Shown here: piece by piece, positions 43,619 through 53,972 of the stretch | How positions within the stretch are numbered: position 1 is the first letter of the stretch | Layout of the letters: every line of letters starts with the position of its first letter | NCBI GenBank assembly: GCA_003222675.1 | Contig: QHWT01000078.1 | Location: 12,731 to 76,730 of the forward strand | DNA: 64,000 nt | DNA from: Acidobacteriota bacterium | GTDB taxonomy: Bacteria; Acidobacteriota; Vicinamibacteria; Vicinamibacterales; 2-12-FULL-66-21 | Reading direction: 5' to 3' | Notes under the pieces: generated by a model | What the model was told of the DNA's origin: nothing | Database searches by the model: none | What the model saw: the letters and a program-made list of their open reading frames with translations, nothing else | Made by a program: the position numbers and the translations under genes

Positions 43619-44518
43619 TTCGCCCGCAGCTCGAACGGACGATCGAAAAAAAGAACGTTGATTTGGTGAGGGACCGATGCAACCTATTCGCAGCGAGGTT
43701 GCATCGAAAGTATATATCAGCTTCGATTGTGACGGACAAACTCGCGCGCATTGAATCCACGATCCCGCCGTTCATCGGCCGCACGACGTCCTGGCGGCTG
43801 GCAGTTATTTCTTGAGTCGCAGGGGACGGCGGACGAACTCGCGTGCATTGCAGTGACGATCGCGACAAACCCAACCGGGCTCGCGCCGACCGTCGTGTAG
43901 CAACACCGGCGAATCAAGAAACACCATGACGCCGCCGCAATCGGCACACCGGCGGCTGTTGCCTTGAATGGGGCGAGGCGGCCGACGTCGATCGTGGCCG
44001 TGCCATGAGGAGCGACGCTCGCGCAATGTGGCCCGGGTCCTTCCTGTGCGCACGCGACAGACCTAATTGTTAGTTACAGAGGCTGACACTCTATCACCGA
44101 AGATCATTGGAGGCAGCTGCGCATCAAAGCAGCCGGCGCGCGCGCCAGTACAACGCGGGGAGAGCAAGTCGATTTTGGCAGAACACGTATTTCGGCCTCA
44201 CACGGCGGAGCGTCTTGCGATTGTGCGAAGCGACAGACACTTTCACTGAGGTGTCCGACCGGGCCTTGCCCGCTCTCGTGGCGCGCGATCGGATCAGGCC
44301 CGAAACATGATTGAACGTAAGGAGAGCCGAATCCCCCTCCGTTCTCGATCATGAAACCGACGGCGGTGGCGGCGCTCGGTCGATCCGCCACATCGCGACG
44401 ACGATTGCAAGGATCATCACGACGACGACAATGGCGAGCATCCTCATCGGCATCCCCCCGAGACTAGTCCTTTGGCGGATCGTGAGTTGACAGGGTCCCC
44501 TGCCTTCGAGGTATCGTC

Positions 44519-44534
44519 ATTCGCGTAAGCGAAT
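44519..44534. promoter_or_regulatory. ArsR-type operator candidate (ATTCGC-n4-GCGAAT) downstream of a TTGACA -35 box
   Basis: Perfect 6-4-6 palindrome just upstream of the arsR start. TTGACA lies at 44487-44492. Confidence 0.45.
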
Positions 44535-44537
44535 CAC

Positions 44538-44897
44538 GTGCCAAGCGCCCCCAAAACTCGCGTCGATCACATGTTCCGAGCGTTCTCCGACCCAACGCGG
44601 TTGCGCATCCTGCATCTGATCCGCGACGGGGAAATCTGCGTGTGCGATCTGGTTGAAGTGCTACGGCTGCCGCAACCGACGGTCTCGCGACACTTGTCAT
44701 ACCTGCGTAAGGCGGCGCTCGTGAGCACGCGCGAAGAACGATCCTGGAACTTCTACAGGTTGACGCCGGCGCGGACGACGTTCCACAGGAAGTTGCTCGA
44801 TTGTTTAGGTGCCTGTTTTAACGACATCCCTGAGCTGTCGGCGGATTCAGAAAGGGCGAAACGCCTCAAAGCGCGCGGAGGCTGCTGCCCCCGCTGA
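44538..44897 (+). CDS. arsR: ArsR/SmtB family metalloregulator
   Basis: FRAFSDPTRLRILHLIRDGEICVCDLVEVLRLPQPTVSRHLSYLRKAAL, with a CVC metal site and a wHTH. There is also a C-terminal CC pair. Confidence 0.85.
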   Translation: MPSAPKTRVDHMFRAFSDPTRLRILHLIRDGEICVCDLVEVLRLPQPTVSRHLSYLRKAALVSTREERSWNFYRLTPARTTFHRKLLDCLGACFNDIPELSADSERAKRLKARGGCCPR

Positions 44898-44904
44898 TTT
44901 TTTT
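44875..44904 (+). terminator. intrinsic terminator/attenuator at the end of arsR
   Basis: GCGGAGG-ctgctg-CCCCCGC hairpin (one mismatch), followed by TGA and a T7 run (44898-44904). Confidence 0.5.
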
Positions 44905-44914
44905 GCCGCGATTC

Positions 44915-44930
44915 ATTCGGGTAAGCGAAT
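44915..44930. promoter_or_regulatory. second ArsR-type operator candidate overlapping the MIP-channel start codon
   Basis: ATTCGG-GTAA-GCGAAT is a near-identical copy of 44519-44534. The channel gene's ATG is at 44929-44931. Confidence 0.45.
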
Positions 44931-45696
44931 GACGCCAGTTTGGAGCGCATGGATGCGGCCAGCAACGCTTGCTCGTCGGCTCACCGCAGAGTTCATTGGA
45001 ACGGCCCTGCTCCTTGCCGCCATAGTCGGCTTCGGCATCATGGGTGACCGGCACGCGGGCGGCAACGTTGCCGTCGCGCTACTGGCGAATACGCTTGCCA
45101 CCGGCGCTGCGCTGGTGGCGCTGATCCTGACGTTTGGCCCCGTCTCTGGCGCGCACTTCAATCCTGCGGTCTCGATCGCCGACGCCACGCAAGGCGGCTT
45201 GTCGGCCGCTGATGCGGCAGCGTACTGCGTCGTTCAATGTGTCGGCGGAATCGTCGGCGTCGCGCTCGCCCATTTGATGCTCGAGCTCCCACTCTTCTCG
45301 TTGTCGACTCACGCGCGTTCCGGCGCATCCCAAATCCTGAGCGAGAGCGTCGCGACGTTCGGGCTGCTCGCGGTTATCTGGAGCGGGTCGCGACGGCGCA
45401 GTGCCGCCGTTCCATTTGCCGTCGGTGCATACATCACGGCCGCGTATTGGTTTACCGCCTCAACCTCATTTGCCAATCCTGCCGTCACGTTGGCGCGCGC
45501 GTTCACGGACACGTTCGCTGGCATCCGGCCCGCCGACGTCCCTGGGTTTGTGGGCGAGCAAATCGTCGGGGCAGCGGCGGCGACGACCTTGTTCCGTTGG
45601 CTGATTCCAACGCTCCCCGAATCCGCCGACCGCGTTGTTGTTCCACATGGCAGCGCTGCGTCGACAGAGGTGCATTATGCGATTCGCGATCTATAG
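44929..45696 (+). CDS. MIP-family aquaglyceroporin (putative arsenite channel, AqpS/GlpF-like)
   Basis: Two NPA boxes (SGAHFNPAVS and SFANPAVT) and six TM helices. It lies between arsR and arsC. Confidence 0.85.
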   Translation: MTPVWSAWMRPATLARRLTAEFIGTALLLAAIVGFGIMGDRHAGGNVAVALLANTLATGAALVALILTFGPVSGAHFNPAVSIADATQGGLSAADAAAYCVVQCVGGIVGVALAHLMLELPLFSLSTHARSGASQILSESVATFGLLAVIWSGSRRRSAAVPFAVGAYITAAYWFTASTSFANPAVTLARAFTDTFAGIRPADVPGFVGEQIVGAAAATTLFRWLIPTLPESADRVVVPHGSAASTEVHYAIRDL

Positions 45697-46381
45697 CGAC
45701 GTCCACGGAAACCTGCACGCGTTTGAGGCCGTTCTCGCCGACATCGGTAAAGCGAAGTTGATGACGTTTATTGCCTCGGCGACCTGGTAGGCTACGGTGC
45801 GTTCCCCAATGAGGTCACGGAGCGAGTGCGCCGGACCGAGACGCCGACCGTCATGGGCAACTAGTGGATGCGCGTACCACGACCTCGTCGACCAGGAACT
45901 CGGTGAGCGGTCGTTTGCCTGGACGAAAGCGCGGGTCACGCCCGAGAACAAGGCCTACCTGCAGATGCTGGTCAAGGAGATCCGCTTCGAGGCCGACGGC
46001 AAACGTGTGCTGCTCGTGCATGGCAGTCCGCGCAAGATCAACGAGTATCTGTTCGAAGATCGAGCGCTGTCGAGTTTTCAGCGGCTCGCGGCCACCTCAA
46101 ACGCCGACATCATCGTGTTCGGACATACACACAAACCGTACACAAAGAGCGTCGACGGCGTGACGTTCCTCAACGTGGGCTCGGTCGGAAAGCCAAAGGA
46201 CGGTGATTGGCGCGCGTGCTATGCCGTCCTGGACACGACGGACATGCCGTCTGCGGTATTCCGGCGAGTCGAGTACGACGTGAAGCAGGCCGCGGCCGCG
46301 ATCCGAGCGACGGAGCTGCCAGATGAATTCGCCCTGGATATCGAGACCGGCGGTGCGCCGAGATCCGCGGCAGCGCGGTAG
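45677..46381 (+). pseudogene. YfcE-like metallophosphoesterase, disrupted (two frame changes and a TAG)
   Basis: MRFAIYSDVHGNLHAFEAVLADIGKAK is in frame 1. VDDVYCLGDLVGYGAFPNEVTERVRR...VMGN* is in frame 2. ...LLVHGSPRKINEYLFED...IIVFGHTHKPYTK...FLNVGSVGKPKDGD is in frame 3. Confidence 0.65.
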
Positions 46382-46403
46382 CAAGGCGCCTCGGGAGTAC
46401 AGC

Positions 46404-46868
46404 ATGGCAGACGATCGACTCAGAGTGTTGTTCATCTGCACAGGGAATTCTGCCCGTTCGCAGATGGCAGAGACGGTCCTTCGTCAGCTGTCGCACGGGA
46501 GGATCGACGTCGCGAGCGCCGGCACCACCCCGCAGCCCGACATTCACCCCATGGCACGTCAGGCGATTCGGACTCTGCTGCACATGGAGATGAGCGGTCA
46601 GCGGCCGAAGCCGATGCAGCAGTTTCTCGGCGACCACTTCGACTACATCATCAGCGTCTGCGACAGGGCCGGGGAACTGTGCCCAGTGTTTCCCGCTGAT
46701 CCGGAGCGCATCCGATGGGGCTTTGAGGATCCTGCGGCCGTCGAGGGTTCTGACGCAGAGAAGCAGCGCGCGTTTGATACTGTCGCGCGGCAGCTGGTGG
46801 GACGAATTCGGATCTGGATGTGTTTGCCGAAGATCCGCGCAACCTTGGAAGCCGTCGCCGGCGCGTGA
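46404..46868 (+). CDS. arsC: arsenate reductase, LMW-PTPase (thioredoxin-coupled) type
   Basis: LRVLFICTGNSARSQMAE (the CX5R P-loop)...DYIISVCDRAGELCPVF. An internal ATG was chosen as the start. Confidence 0.85.
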   Translation: MADDRLRVLFICTGNSARSQMAETVLRQLSHGRIDVASAGTTPQPDIHPMARQAIRTLLHMEMSGQRPKPMQQFLGDHFDYIISVCDRAGELCPVFPADPERIRWGFEDPAAVEGSDAEKQRAFDTVARQLVGRIRIWMCLPKIRATLEAVAGA

Positions 46869-47311
46869 GGCCGTATGCCTGCGCCCTCAGGCGGAGTGCG
46901 GCTTCCGTCAGTTCTCGTCCAAGTCCGAGTCCCTGCAGCTCCGGCGCGAGCCAGCGAGTGCAGGAGCGCACTGTTCTGATAAGGGCGGCGGACCTTGCAC
47001 CTGCTCAGACTCAAAATGTGGCGCTAGTGTTCGGTTCAGGTGCCGTGTGCCTTCGGCTACCGCGTATCGGCGAATGCGCTCCTTGAACCAGGCAGATTCA
47101 ATGCCACCGAATCCGATGACGGCAACTGCGATCAACAGCAGCACGATCACGTGCGCGATCCGTCGGGCGCGGCGCTTGGGTGAACTATCTCGGCAGCAGG
47201 TGAGGTATCCAGAGCTCGAACGTCACCCAGAGCAACAGGATGACCATGACGACCGCAAGCATGACACTCAAGAAGTCCGGACGCCGGCTCCAAACACGCT
47301 TCCAAGCACTA

Positions 47312-48146
47312 TCAGAGGTGGGTTTCATAGGCCCCGCAGTCGATTGATTCCACCTGAATTGTGACGTGCCAGAAATGAAGATCGCCGGTCAGGAGTCGTT
47401 GTGCGCGCACGAGAAGGTCGTCATGCGCTGTGTCCGCATCACGGACCAGGTGGACGCTGAGGGCATTGCGGCCGGACGTAAGTGACCACGCATGCAGGTC
47501 GCGAACGCGCGGGTGTGCCCTCGAGCAGTACGCCGACGCCCTCCGTCAGCAGTCGCCACGTGCGAGGCAGGATGAACAAACCGATCCCGGCTGAGACGAG
47601 GGGATCGGCGTAGTACCAGCCTGTGGCCCACATGACTAGCGCCGCGACGACGACTCCTGCCGACGACATCAAATCGGCGATGACCTCGAGATATGCGCCC
47701 TTGACGTTCACGCTGTCCGGCGCACCACTCCGAAGCAATCTCGCACCGATAAGGTTGACGATTAGTCCGATGACGGCGACAACGAGGACGGGGCCACTGG
47801 CGATCTCCGGCGGATGCCTGAGCCGTCCGTATGCCTCATACAGGATGAAGAACGAGATCAACAGCAGGACTACGGCGTTGACGACCGACGCGAGGATCTC
47901 GAACCGGTAGTACCCGTACGTGTGATCCGGCGTCGCCGGCTTCACAGCGAAGGCCATCGCGGTGAGCGCGAGGCCGAGGCCCGCGACATCCGTCAGCATG
48001 TGTCCCGCATCTGCGAGCAACGCCAGGCTGTGCGTCAGCCATCCCGCAATGACCTCGACGATCAAGTAGCCACAGGTCAGAACCAGGACGATCGTCAGCG
48101 GCCTGCGGCGGTCAGGACCGCCAAGATGGCGGTGGACGTGGCTCAT
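47312..48146 (-). pseudogene. cation diffusion facilitator (CzcD/ZitB-like) with a small internal deletion and frameshift
   Basis: The ATG overlaps the RND stop (ATGA). The TM domain is intact (HSLALLADAGHMLTDV...YYRFEILA...VKGAYLEVIADLMSS...). After LLEGTPA the frame changes, and ~20 aa normally preceding the VHDLHxW box are missing. The C-terminal domain (RVRDLHAWSLTSGRNALSVHLV...FWHVTIQVES) reads in another frame. Confidence 0.7.
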
Positions 48147-51100
48147 GCGGGACTGCGCTTGCGCCAGCGCACGCGCCACTCCTCGACCTGGGCATACGCA
48201 GCCGGCAGTGCAATCAGCGTGAACAGCGTGGACGTCACGAGTCCTCCCACCATCACGACCGCGAGGGGTCGCTCGATTTCCGTGCCGTGCAGCCGCAACA
48301 CCAGGAACGGCATCAGGCCGAGAATCGCGGTCGCCGCCGTCATCAGCTTCGGACGGACGCGGCCCAGACTCGCCTCGCGCACGGCGTCGCGAAACGCGTG
48401 ACCGCGTGCAAGGAATCCCCGCGTTTGCGTGACCAGGACCAGACCGTTCTGGACCGCGATCCCGAAGAGCCCAATCAGGCCGACGAGCGAGGACACGTTC
48501 CACGTCTCGCGCGCAATGAGCAACGCGACAATCCCGCCAATGAACGCGATAGGAACTGTCAGCAGGATGAGTGCTGCCTCGACGGCAGAACCGAGAGCGA
48601 TGTACATCAGGACGAAGACTGCGACGAGCGCCGTCGCAATGGCTGTGGACAGCGCTTTCGATGCCCTCGCCTGGCTCTCGATCCGTCCGCCGACGTCCAG
48701 AAAATAACCGCCGGGCAGCGACAGCCTCGCGTTGAGCGCGTCGCGCACGTCGCGGGCCGTTGAGCCCAGATCCCGGCCGGCCACACTCGCTTCAACCGCG
48801 ATTCGGCGCATGCCGGCCTCGCGCCTGATGGCGCCGGGCCCAAACACCTCTGAGATCTCCGCGAGCTGTCCCAGCGGAATGCGTGTTCCATCGTGTCCGT
48901 CGATCAAGAGAGAGCGGATCGCTTGAATGTCACGTCGGCGGTCATCCTGGAGACGAACCACCAAATCGAACCGCCGTTGTCCGATCCAGACATCCGACTC
49001 CTGTTGTCCAACCAGTCCGACTCGGACCGCCTCGATGACGTCGCCGGGCGAGAGTCCCACCCTGGACGTTGCCGATCGATCGACGGCAATCTGGATCTGC
49101 GGCAATCCGGTCGACTGTTCAGCGCGCAGGTCTTCAATTCCGTCCACATCGTGCATGAGTACCCTTGCGCGTTCGGCCAGTCGCGCCAATTCGTCGAGAT
49201 CGGGGCCGAAAATCTTCACCGACACATCCGCCGGCGTACCTCCGAGGCCTTCATCGATGCGCATGCCCAGTGGCGTCGTGAAGAGCACGGTCACCCCAGG
49301 CACCGACGCCAGGCGCTCGCGCATCGCGTCTTCGAGCTCGTCGATCGACCGTGCGCGGCGTGGCTTCAGCACCACCAGGATGTCGGACATCGTGTGAGGC
49401 ATCGGGTCTTCCGTCCGCTCCGACCGACCAGTGCGCCTGACGACATCGTCGACTTCTGGAAAGTCCCGTAGCACGTCCTCCACGCGGTGATTGAGTCGGT
49501 CGACTTGGTCGAGCGACGCCTCCTGCGGCAAGACCGTCTGCAGCAGCAGTGCGCCTTCGTCGAGGGCCGGCATGAAATCGCTGCCGATGAACAACGCGCC
49601 AGTGCCGGCGCCGATGGCACACAGCAGCGCAATCAGCGCAACCCGCATGGGATGCCGAAGGGCGGCATCGAGAATGGGGGCGTACGCACGATTCGTGCGC
49701 CGCAGCAGCCAGGACTCGTGAGCAGTCGAATGCCTCCGCAACAGCCAGGCGGAGACCACCGGCACCGCCGTGAGCGCCAACGCCAGGGATCCGGCCATGG
49801 CGGCGATGACCGCCGCCGCGAGCTCATGCCGAACAGCGGAAGAAACACCGCGATGATGATCAACGTCGCAAATGTGATCGGACGACCGACCTCGATCGAC
49901 GCCTCGCGCGCGACATCTGTCGGGTGCTCCGGACTCGATTCGAGTCGATGGAGGATGTTCTCCGTCACGATGATGGCGGCGTCCACGAGCAGGCCGACAG
50001 CAATCGCAAGGCCGCCGAGCGTCATCGTGTTGATGCCCACGCCCGCCGGTTTGAGCAGCGCTCCGGCCAGGGCAATCGACAAGGGCATCGTCAGCGTGAC
50101 GATCAGCGCCGCGCGCAGATTGCCCAGCAACGCAAACAGCACGATCACCACGAATGCCGCTCCAAGCAGCACCGCGCGCCCGAGGCCGCCGAGCGCCTCC
50201 GTCACCAGGGCGGACTGGTCGTACACGATCCGAAGCGACACTCCCTTGGGCAGCGACTTCCGGATATCTTCAATGGCACCGCGAATGCCTCGAGAGACCG
50301 TGACGGTGTCCGCGCCAAATTGTTTGATGATGCGCGCGCTGACCACTTCGCCTTTGAGGCGATGTGCAACGCCGCGCCGGATGGCCGGCGCCTCGCGCAC
50401 ATCGGCCACATCGCCGAGGAAGACCGGCACGTGTTCCCGAACCAGGACGACCGTATTTCGCAGGTCGTCCACGTTTCGGGCGCGGCCGACCGCCCGGACG
50501 CTCCACTCGGTTGCGCCCTGCACGACGAAACCACCGGAGGCGTTGACGTTGCTGCCTTCGACGGCGTGCAGCACGTCGCCGAGGCTCACGCGACGGGCCG
50601 ACATGCGATCCGGATCAATCTGCACTTGGAATTGGCGAAGGTAGCCGCCCAAACGTTCGACCGCCGCGACACCCGGCACAGCGAGCAACCGGTTCTTCAC
50701 GTCGAACTCCGCGAGATCCCGCAGCGTCATCAGGTCGGCACTTCCGGGCTCCGCTTCCAGCGTGAATTCGAAGATTTCGTTCAGGCGACCCGTCAGGCTC
50801 GAGATAAGCGGCGCGTCGGTACCGGGCGGCAATTCCGTCGCTGCTTGCGCCACACGTTCCGATACAAACTGCCGAGAGCGGTAGTAATCGGCATCTGATT
50901 CGAACTCGATGGTGACCTGAGAGACGCCGAGCTGCGAGACTGAGCGGATGCGCCTCACATCCGGAAGGCCCGCCAGCGCAACTTCCATCGGGATGGCGAT
51001 CGCGCGTTCGAGCTCCTCCGCTCCCATCGCCGGGTTCTGCACGATGACGTTGAAGATCGGTGCGGAGAGATCCGGGAAGACATCGCGGCGCAGTTCGCGG

Positions 51101-51195
51101 AATGACATGCCGCCTAGAACCGCCGCCCCTGACACCAGGAGGAGCGTCAAGCCCGGCTTGCCGAACGAGGCGTCGATGATTCGGGCAATCATCAC
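48143..51195 (-). pseudogene. second CusA-type HME-RND pump, split by a small deletion/frameshift near 49800-49830
   Basis: The 520-aa N-terminal ORF is good up to ...FLPLFGM. The 551-aa C-terminal ORF resumes at ELAAAVIAAMAGSLALALT.... About 8-10 residues (the usual xGxEGxMFxP) are missing at the junction. The TM4 motif is LGGLAIAVGLLVDAAIIVTEN. Confidence 0.85.
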
Positions 51196-52385
51196 TTGCC
51201 CTCGTGTCCTTCATGCGCTCCTGCACCCCGCGCCTTGTCTGCCTCGGACTTGAGCAGGAACGAACCGTCGACGACGATCGTCTCACCGGCCTTCAAACCG
51301 GAGAGCATTTCCACTTCACCGCCGAGATCGCGGCCGCGCCCGATTCGCCGAATCTCGAATGTGGACGCGTCCTTCGGCACGAACACGACCCATTCGTTCT
51401 CGAGACGTTGCAGCGCAGCAGCCGGTACGGTCACGAGAGGCTGGCCCGTCTCGCCCACGGGGATGGCAGCCGTCGCAGACATTCCAGGCCTGAGGACGCG
51501 ATCTTGGTTGGCGATCTCGATGCGAACGGACACAGTCCGGGACTCTGCATTCACCTCGCTGCCGATGTACGACACGCGGCCGGCGAAGGGACGTCCTGGC
51601 ATTGCAGCGAAACTCACCTGTGCCTCCGTACCTGGTCGGATGCGCACGGCGTCGCGTTCGAACGCATGCACCGTCAGCCACAGGGTGTCCAGATTGGCAA
51701 TCCTGAATAGGGGTGCAGATGGCTCAGCCATCTGACCCTGGGCAGCGCGCCGTTCGATGACGGTGCCCGCAATCGGCGATCTCAAAACCAATTCGGATCC
51801 AGCGTCGGCGCTCGCCTCGCCATCCGCTGGCGCGCCGAGCGTCGCGAGCGCGGCGCGAGCGGCACGCACTTCCGCCTCGGCCGCGGTAACCGCGGCTTCC
51901 GCCTCCTGCACTTCGCGGAGTGGAACGATGTTCTCCTTGGCGAGATCCTGCTTGCGACTCAGCGCCTGGTGAGACAAATCGAGCTTGGCGCGAGCCGATT
52001 GGAAGTCCGCCCGTGCTCGTCCGAGTTCTGTGCTCTGGAGCTGCGCAAGGGGCTGCCCGCGCTGCACGGCGTCGCCGGGTGCAGCCCGGAAAGACAGCAC
52101 CCGCGCGACGACGGGAGCACCGACCTCCGCGTAGGCGTTCTCGTTGACGCGGATCTCGCCAAGAAGACGCGCAATCTCGCCCCCTTGTCGCGACTCGGCC
52201 CGCGCCGTCGTCACACGAAGATCGCGCATCATCTCGGGTTCGATTCTGATGACACCCGCTTCAGGTTTTTGTGCGGCGGCAGCCTTCTCCGACTGAGGAG
52301 GCTCGGCTGATGCGGGCACCTGATCCGTGCGCCGGCACCCGGCGATCAGCGCCAGAGCGAGCAGGAGAATCGTGACGTATCTCAT
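51192..52385 (-). CDS. RND periplasmic adaptor subunit
   Basis: Intact 397 aa with a lipoprotein-like start (LLLALALIAGC) and the membrane-fusion-protein pattern. It overlaps both neighbours by 4 nt. Confidence 0.85.
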   Translation of the reverse strand: MRYVTILLLALALIAGCRRTDQVPASAEPPQSEKAAAAQKPEAGVIRIEPEMMRDLRVTTARAESRQGGEIARLLGEIRVNENAYAEVGAPVVARVLSFRAAPGDAVQRGQPLAQLQSTELGRARADFQSARAKLDLSHQALSRKQDLAKENIVPLREVQEAEAAVTAAEAEVRAARAALATLGAPADGEASADAGSELVLRSPIAGTVIERRAAQGQMAEPSAPLFRIANLDTLWLTVHAFERDAVRIRPGTEAQVSFAAMPGRPFAGRVSYIGSEVNAESRTVSVRIEIANQDRVLRPGMSATAAIPVGETGQPLVTVPAAALQRLENEWVVFVPKDASTFEIRRIGRGRDLGGEVEMLSGLKAGETIVVDGSFLLKSEADKARGAGAHEGHEGK

Positions 52386-53574
52386 TGCAGAACACCTGCA
52401 GCAGATTCGAGACGGACGCGCGCGAGCGCCGCGTCGGTCCGCGCGTCGAGCAGCGCGACCCGAGCGTCCAGCAGCTCACGCCGAATCAACAACCAATCGG
52501 CGAGACTCAGTTCCCCGACTTCGTAGCTCCGTCGCGCCAGCGTGTCGTTCGCGTCCGCTCCTATGAGCGCGTTATCCTGCAGCTCCGCGACGGCCGCCTC
52601 GCGTATTTGCAGAACCTCATATGCACTGCGCACCTCGCGTTCAACAGCTCGTCGCGCCGTGTCCAGTTCGAGTGTCGCGCGCGTCTGATGGGCCCGACCG
52701 AGCGCGATCTGCTCCTGGCCTTTGTTGAACAAGGGGACGGTTAACGACAGCCCTCCCATCAGAATCCGATCCTGGTCTTCGCGCGCGTACCGCGCCGTCC
52801 AGCCCCAGTCCGGACGCCGAAACGACTGGCCGATCGAGACCTCCGCGACCGCGTTGTCGCGCTCTGCAACGAGCGCGCGCAGATCCGGACGGCGGGAGGC
52901 GGACTGAAGCAACGCAGGAAGGTCAGGAGCGGGCCCAGCAGAAAACTCGCCAGCGACGGTTGTGATTTCGCTGTCGGGCACGTCCAGAAGCACGCGTAAT
53001 TCGCCAAGAACGCCTCGCCGATCGGCCTCTGCCCGCTGTCGCTCGGCACGCACCCGAGAGAGCGCGGTCGACGCGACGTTCACGTCAAGGACAGCAATGT
53101 CTCCGGCGCGATACCGCCGCTGCGCGATGTCAACAGTCTGTTGGGACAAGGACTCGGCAGCCACCATGAGCGCCGCGCGTTCGCGTGCCTGGAGTGCCCG
53201 ATAGAAGAACGACGCAGCTGCCTCGAGCGCGCGTCGGCGCGTGTCGTCAGCGGATGCGGTGTCATGCTCAATGGCTGATTGTGCGCTGCGGATCCGCGCG
53301 GATCGGCGCGAGGACGGCTCAAACACTTGCGCGCCAGTGAAATCCCAATCCGTCGTGTGGCGTCGAGAACTGGGTTGTCGCGCGTACGAAGACGGGCCCC
53401 AATCATTTGGGCCCGCGTCTCCTCGATGCGTGCAACTGCCGTAAGCACCTGCGGCGCGTCGGCGCGTGCGCGCACGAGTACCTGCGCGAGCGTGATGCCT
53501 TGCTGCGCGTGAGCGACAGCGTGCATTGCGGCGGACGCGATCGCCGCCGTCGTCACAAGACGGACAGACCTCAC
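52382..53574 (-). pseudogene. TolC-family outer membrane factor, frameshifted near 53355
   Basis: The signal peptide and N-terminus (MRSVRLVTTAAIASAAMHAVAHAQQGITLAQVL...RDNPVLDAT) are in one frame. The remaining ~330 aa (TDWDFTGAQVFEP...ARVRLESAAGVLQ) are in the 496-aa ORF frame. Confidence 0.7.
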
Positions 53575-53633
53575 GAATTCCTCCTGACCGTGAACGAAGC
53601 CTTCGTGCCCGCTCTGTGCGGGCGCCTACACGA

Positions 53634-53924
53634 TCAGCAGGATTTGGGGATGTGAATGACTTCGAGGGGAGGCAAGGTTCGAGCCGCTGAGGCCGGCACG
53701 TCGGGAACAGGAGAAACCGCTTGAACCAGATCCTGCACAGCGGCTTCGAGATACACCGCGGGCTGGGCGCAGCATGAACACCGAACGCACGTAGCCGGAC
53801 AGGCGCCGTCAGGCTGAGTCTGAGACACCCCGGCCGGACACGGCTCCGGTGTAAAGAGCTCCGTGGCGCCACTCACATCGGCGATCAGGAACACACACAA
53901 CCCGAGCCACAGCAGGCGGCGCAT
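53634..53924 (-). CDS. small secreted Cys-rich protein heading the second RND operon
   Basis: Signal peptide MRRLLWLGLCVFLIADVSGA, then CPAG...ACPATCVRCSCCAQP, with a C-terminal ...LEVIHIPKSC. Confidence 0.45.
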   Translation of the reverse strand: MRRLLWLGLCVFLIADVSGATELFTPEPCPAGVSQTQPDGACPATCVRCSCCAQPAVYLEAAVQDLVQAVSPVPDVPASAARTLPPLEVIHIPKSC

Positions 53925-53972
53925 TGGCTCATTCTAGCTCACAGTTGTGACACCATGGGTTCAGGAGCCTGG

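Noticed and set aside
44349-44453. A 34-aa hydrophobic minus-strand ORF (MPMRMLAIVVVVMILAIVVAMWRIDRAPPPPSVS), considered as a possible type I toxin or small membrane protein.
   Set aside because: The only support is a G-run as RBS. There is no recognisable partner RNA and no conservation evidence from the sequence alone.
46908-47330. AsmA/TamB-like N-terminal fragment (…VIVLLLIAVAVIGFGGIESAWFKERIRRYAV…) and an adjacent 47-aa TM ORF.
   Set aside because: Only ~40 aa of generic anchor-like similarity are present and no downstream domain follows. It may be a gene fragment, but it cannot be supported.
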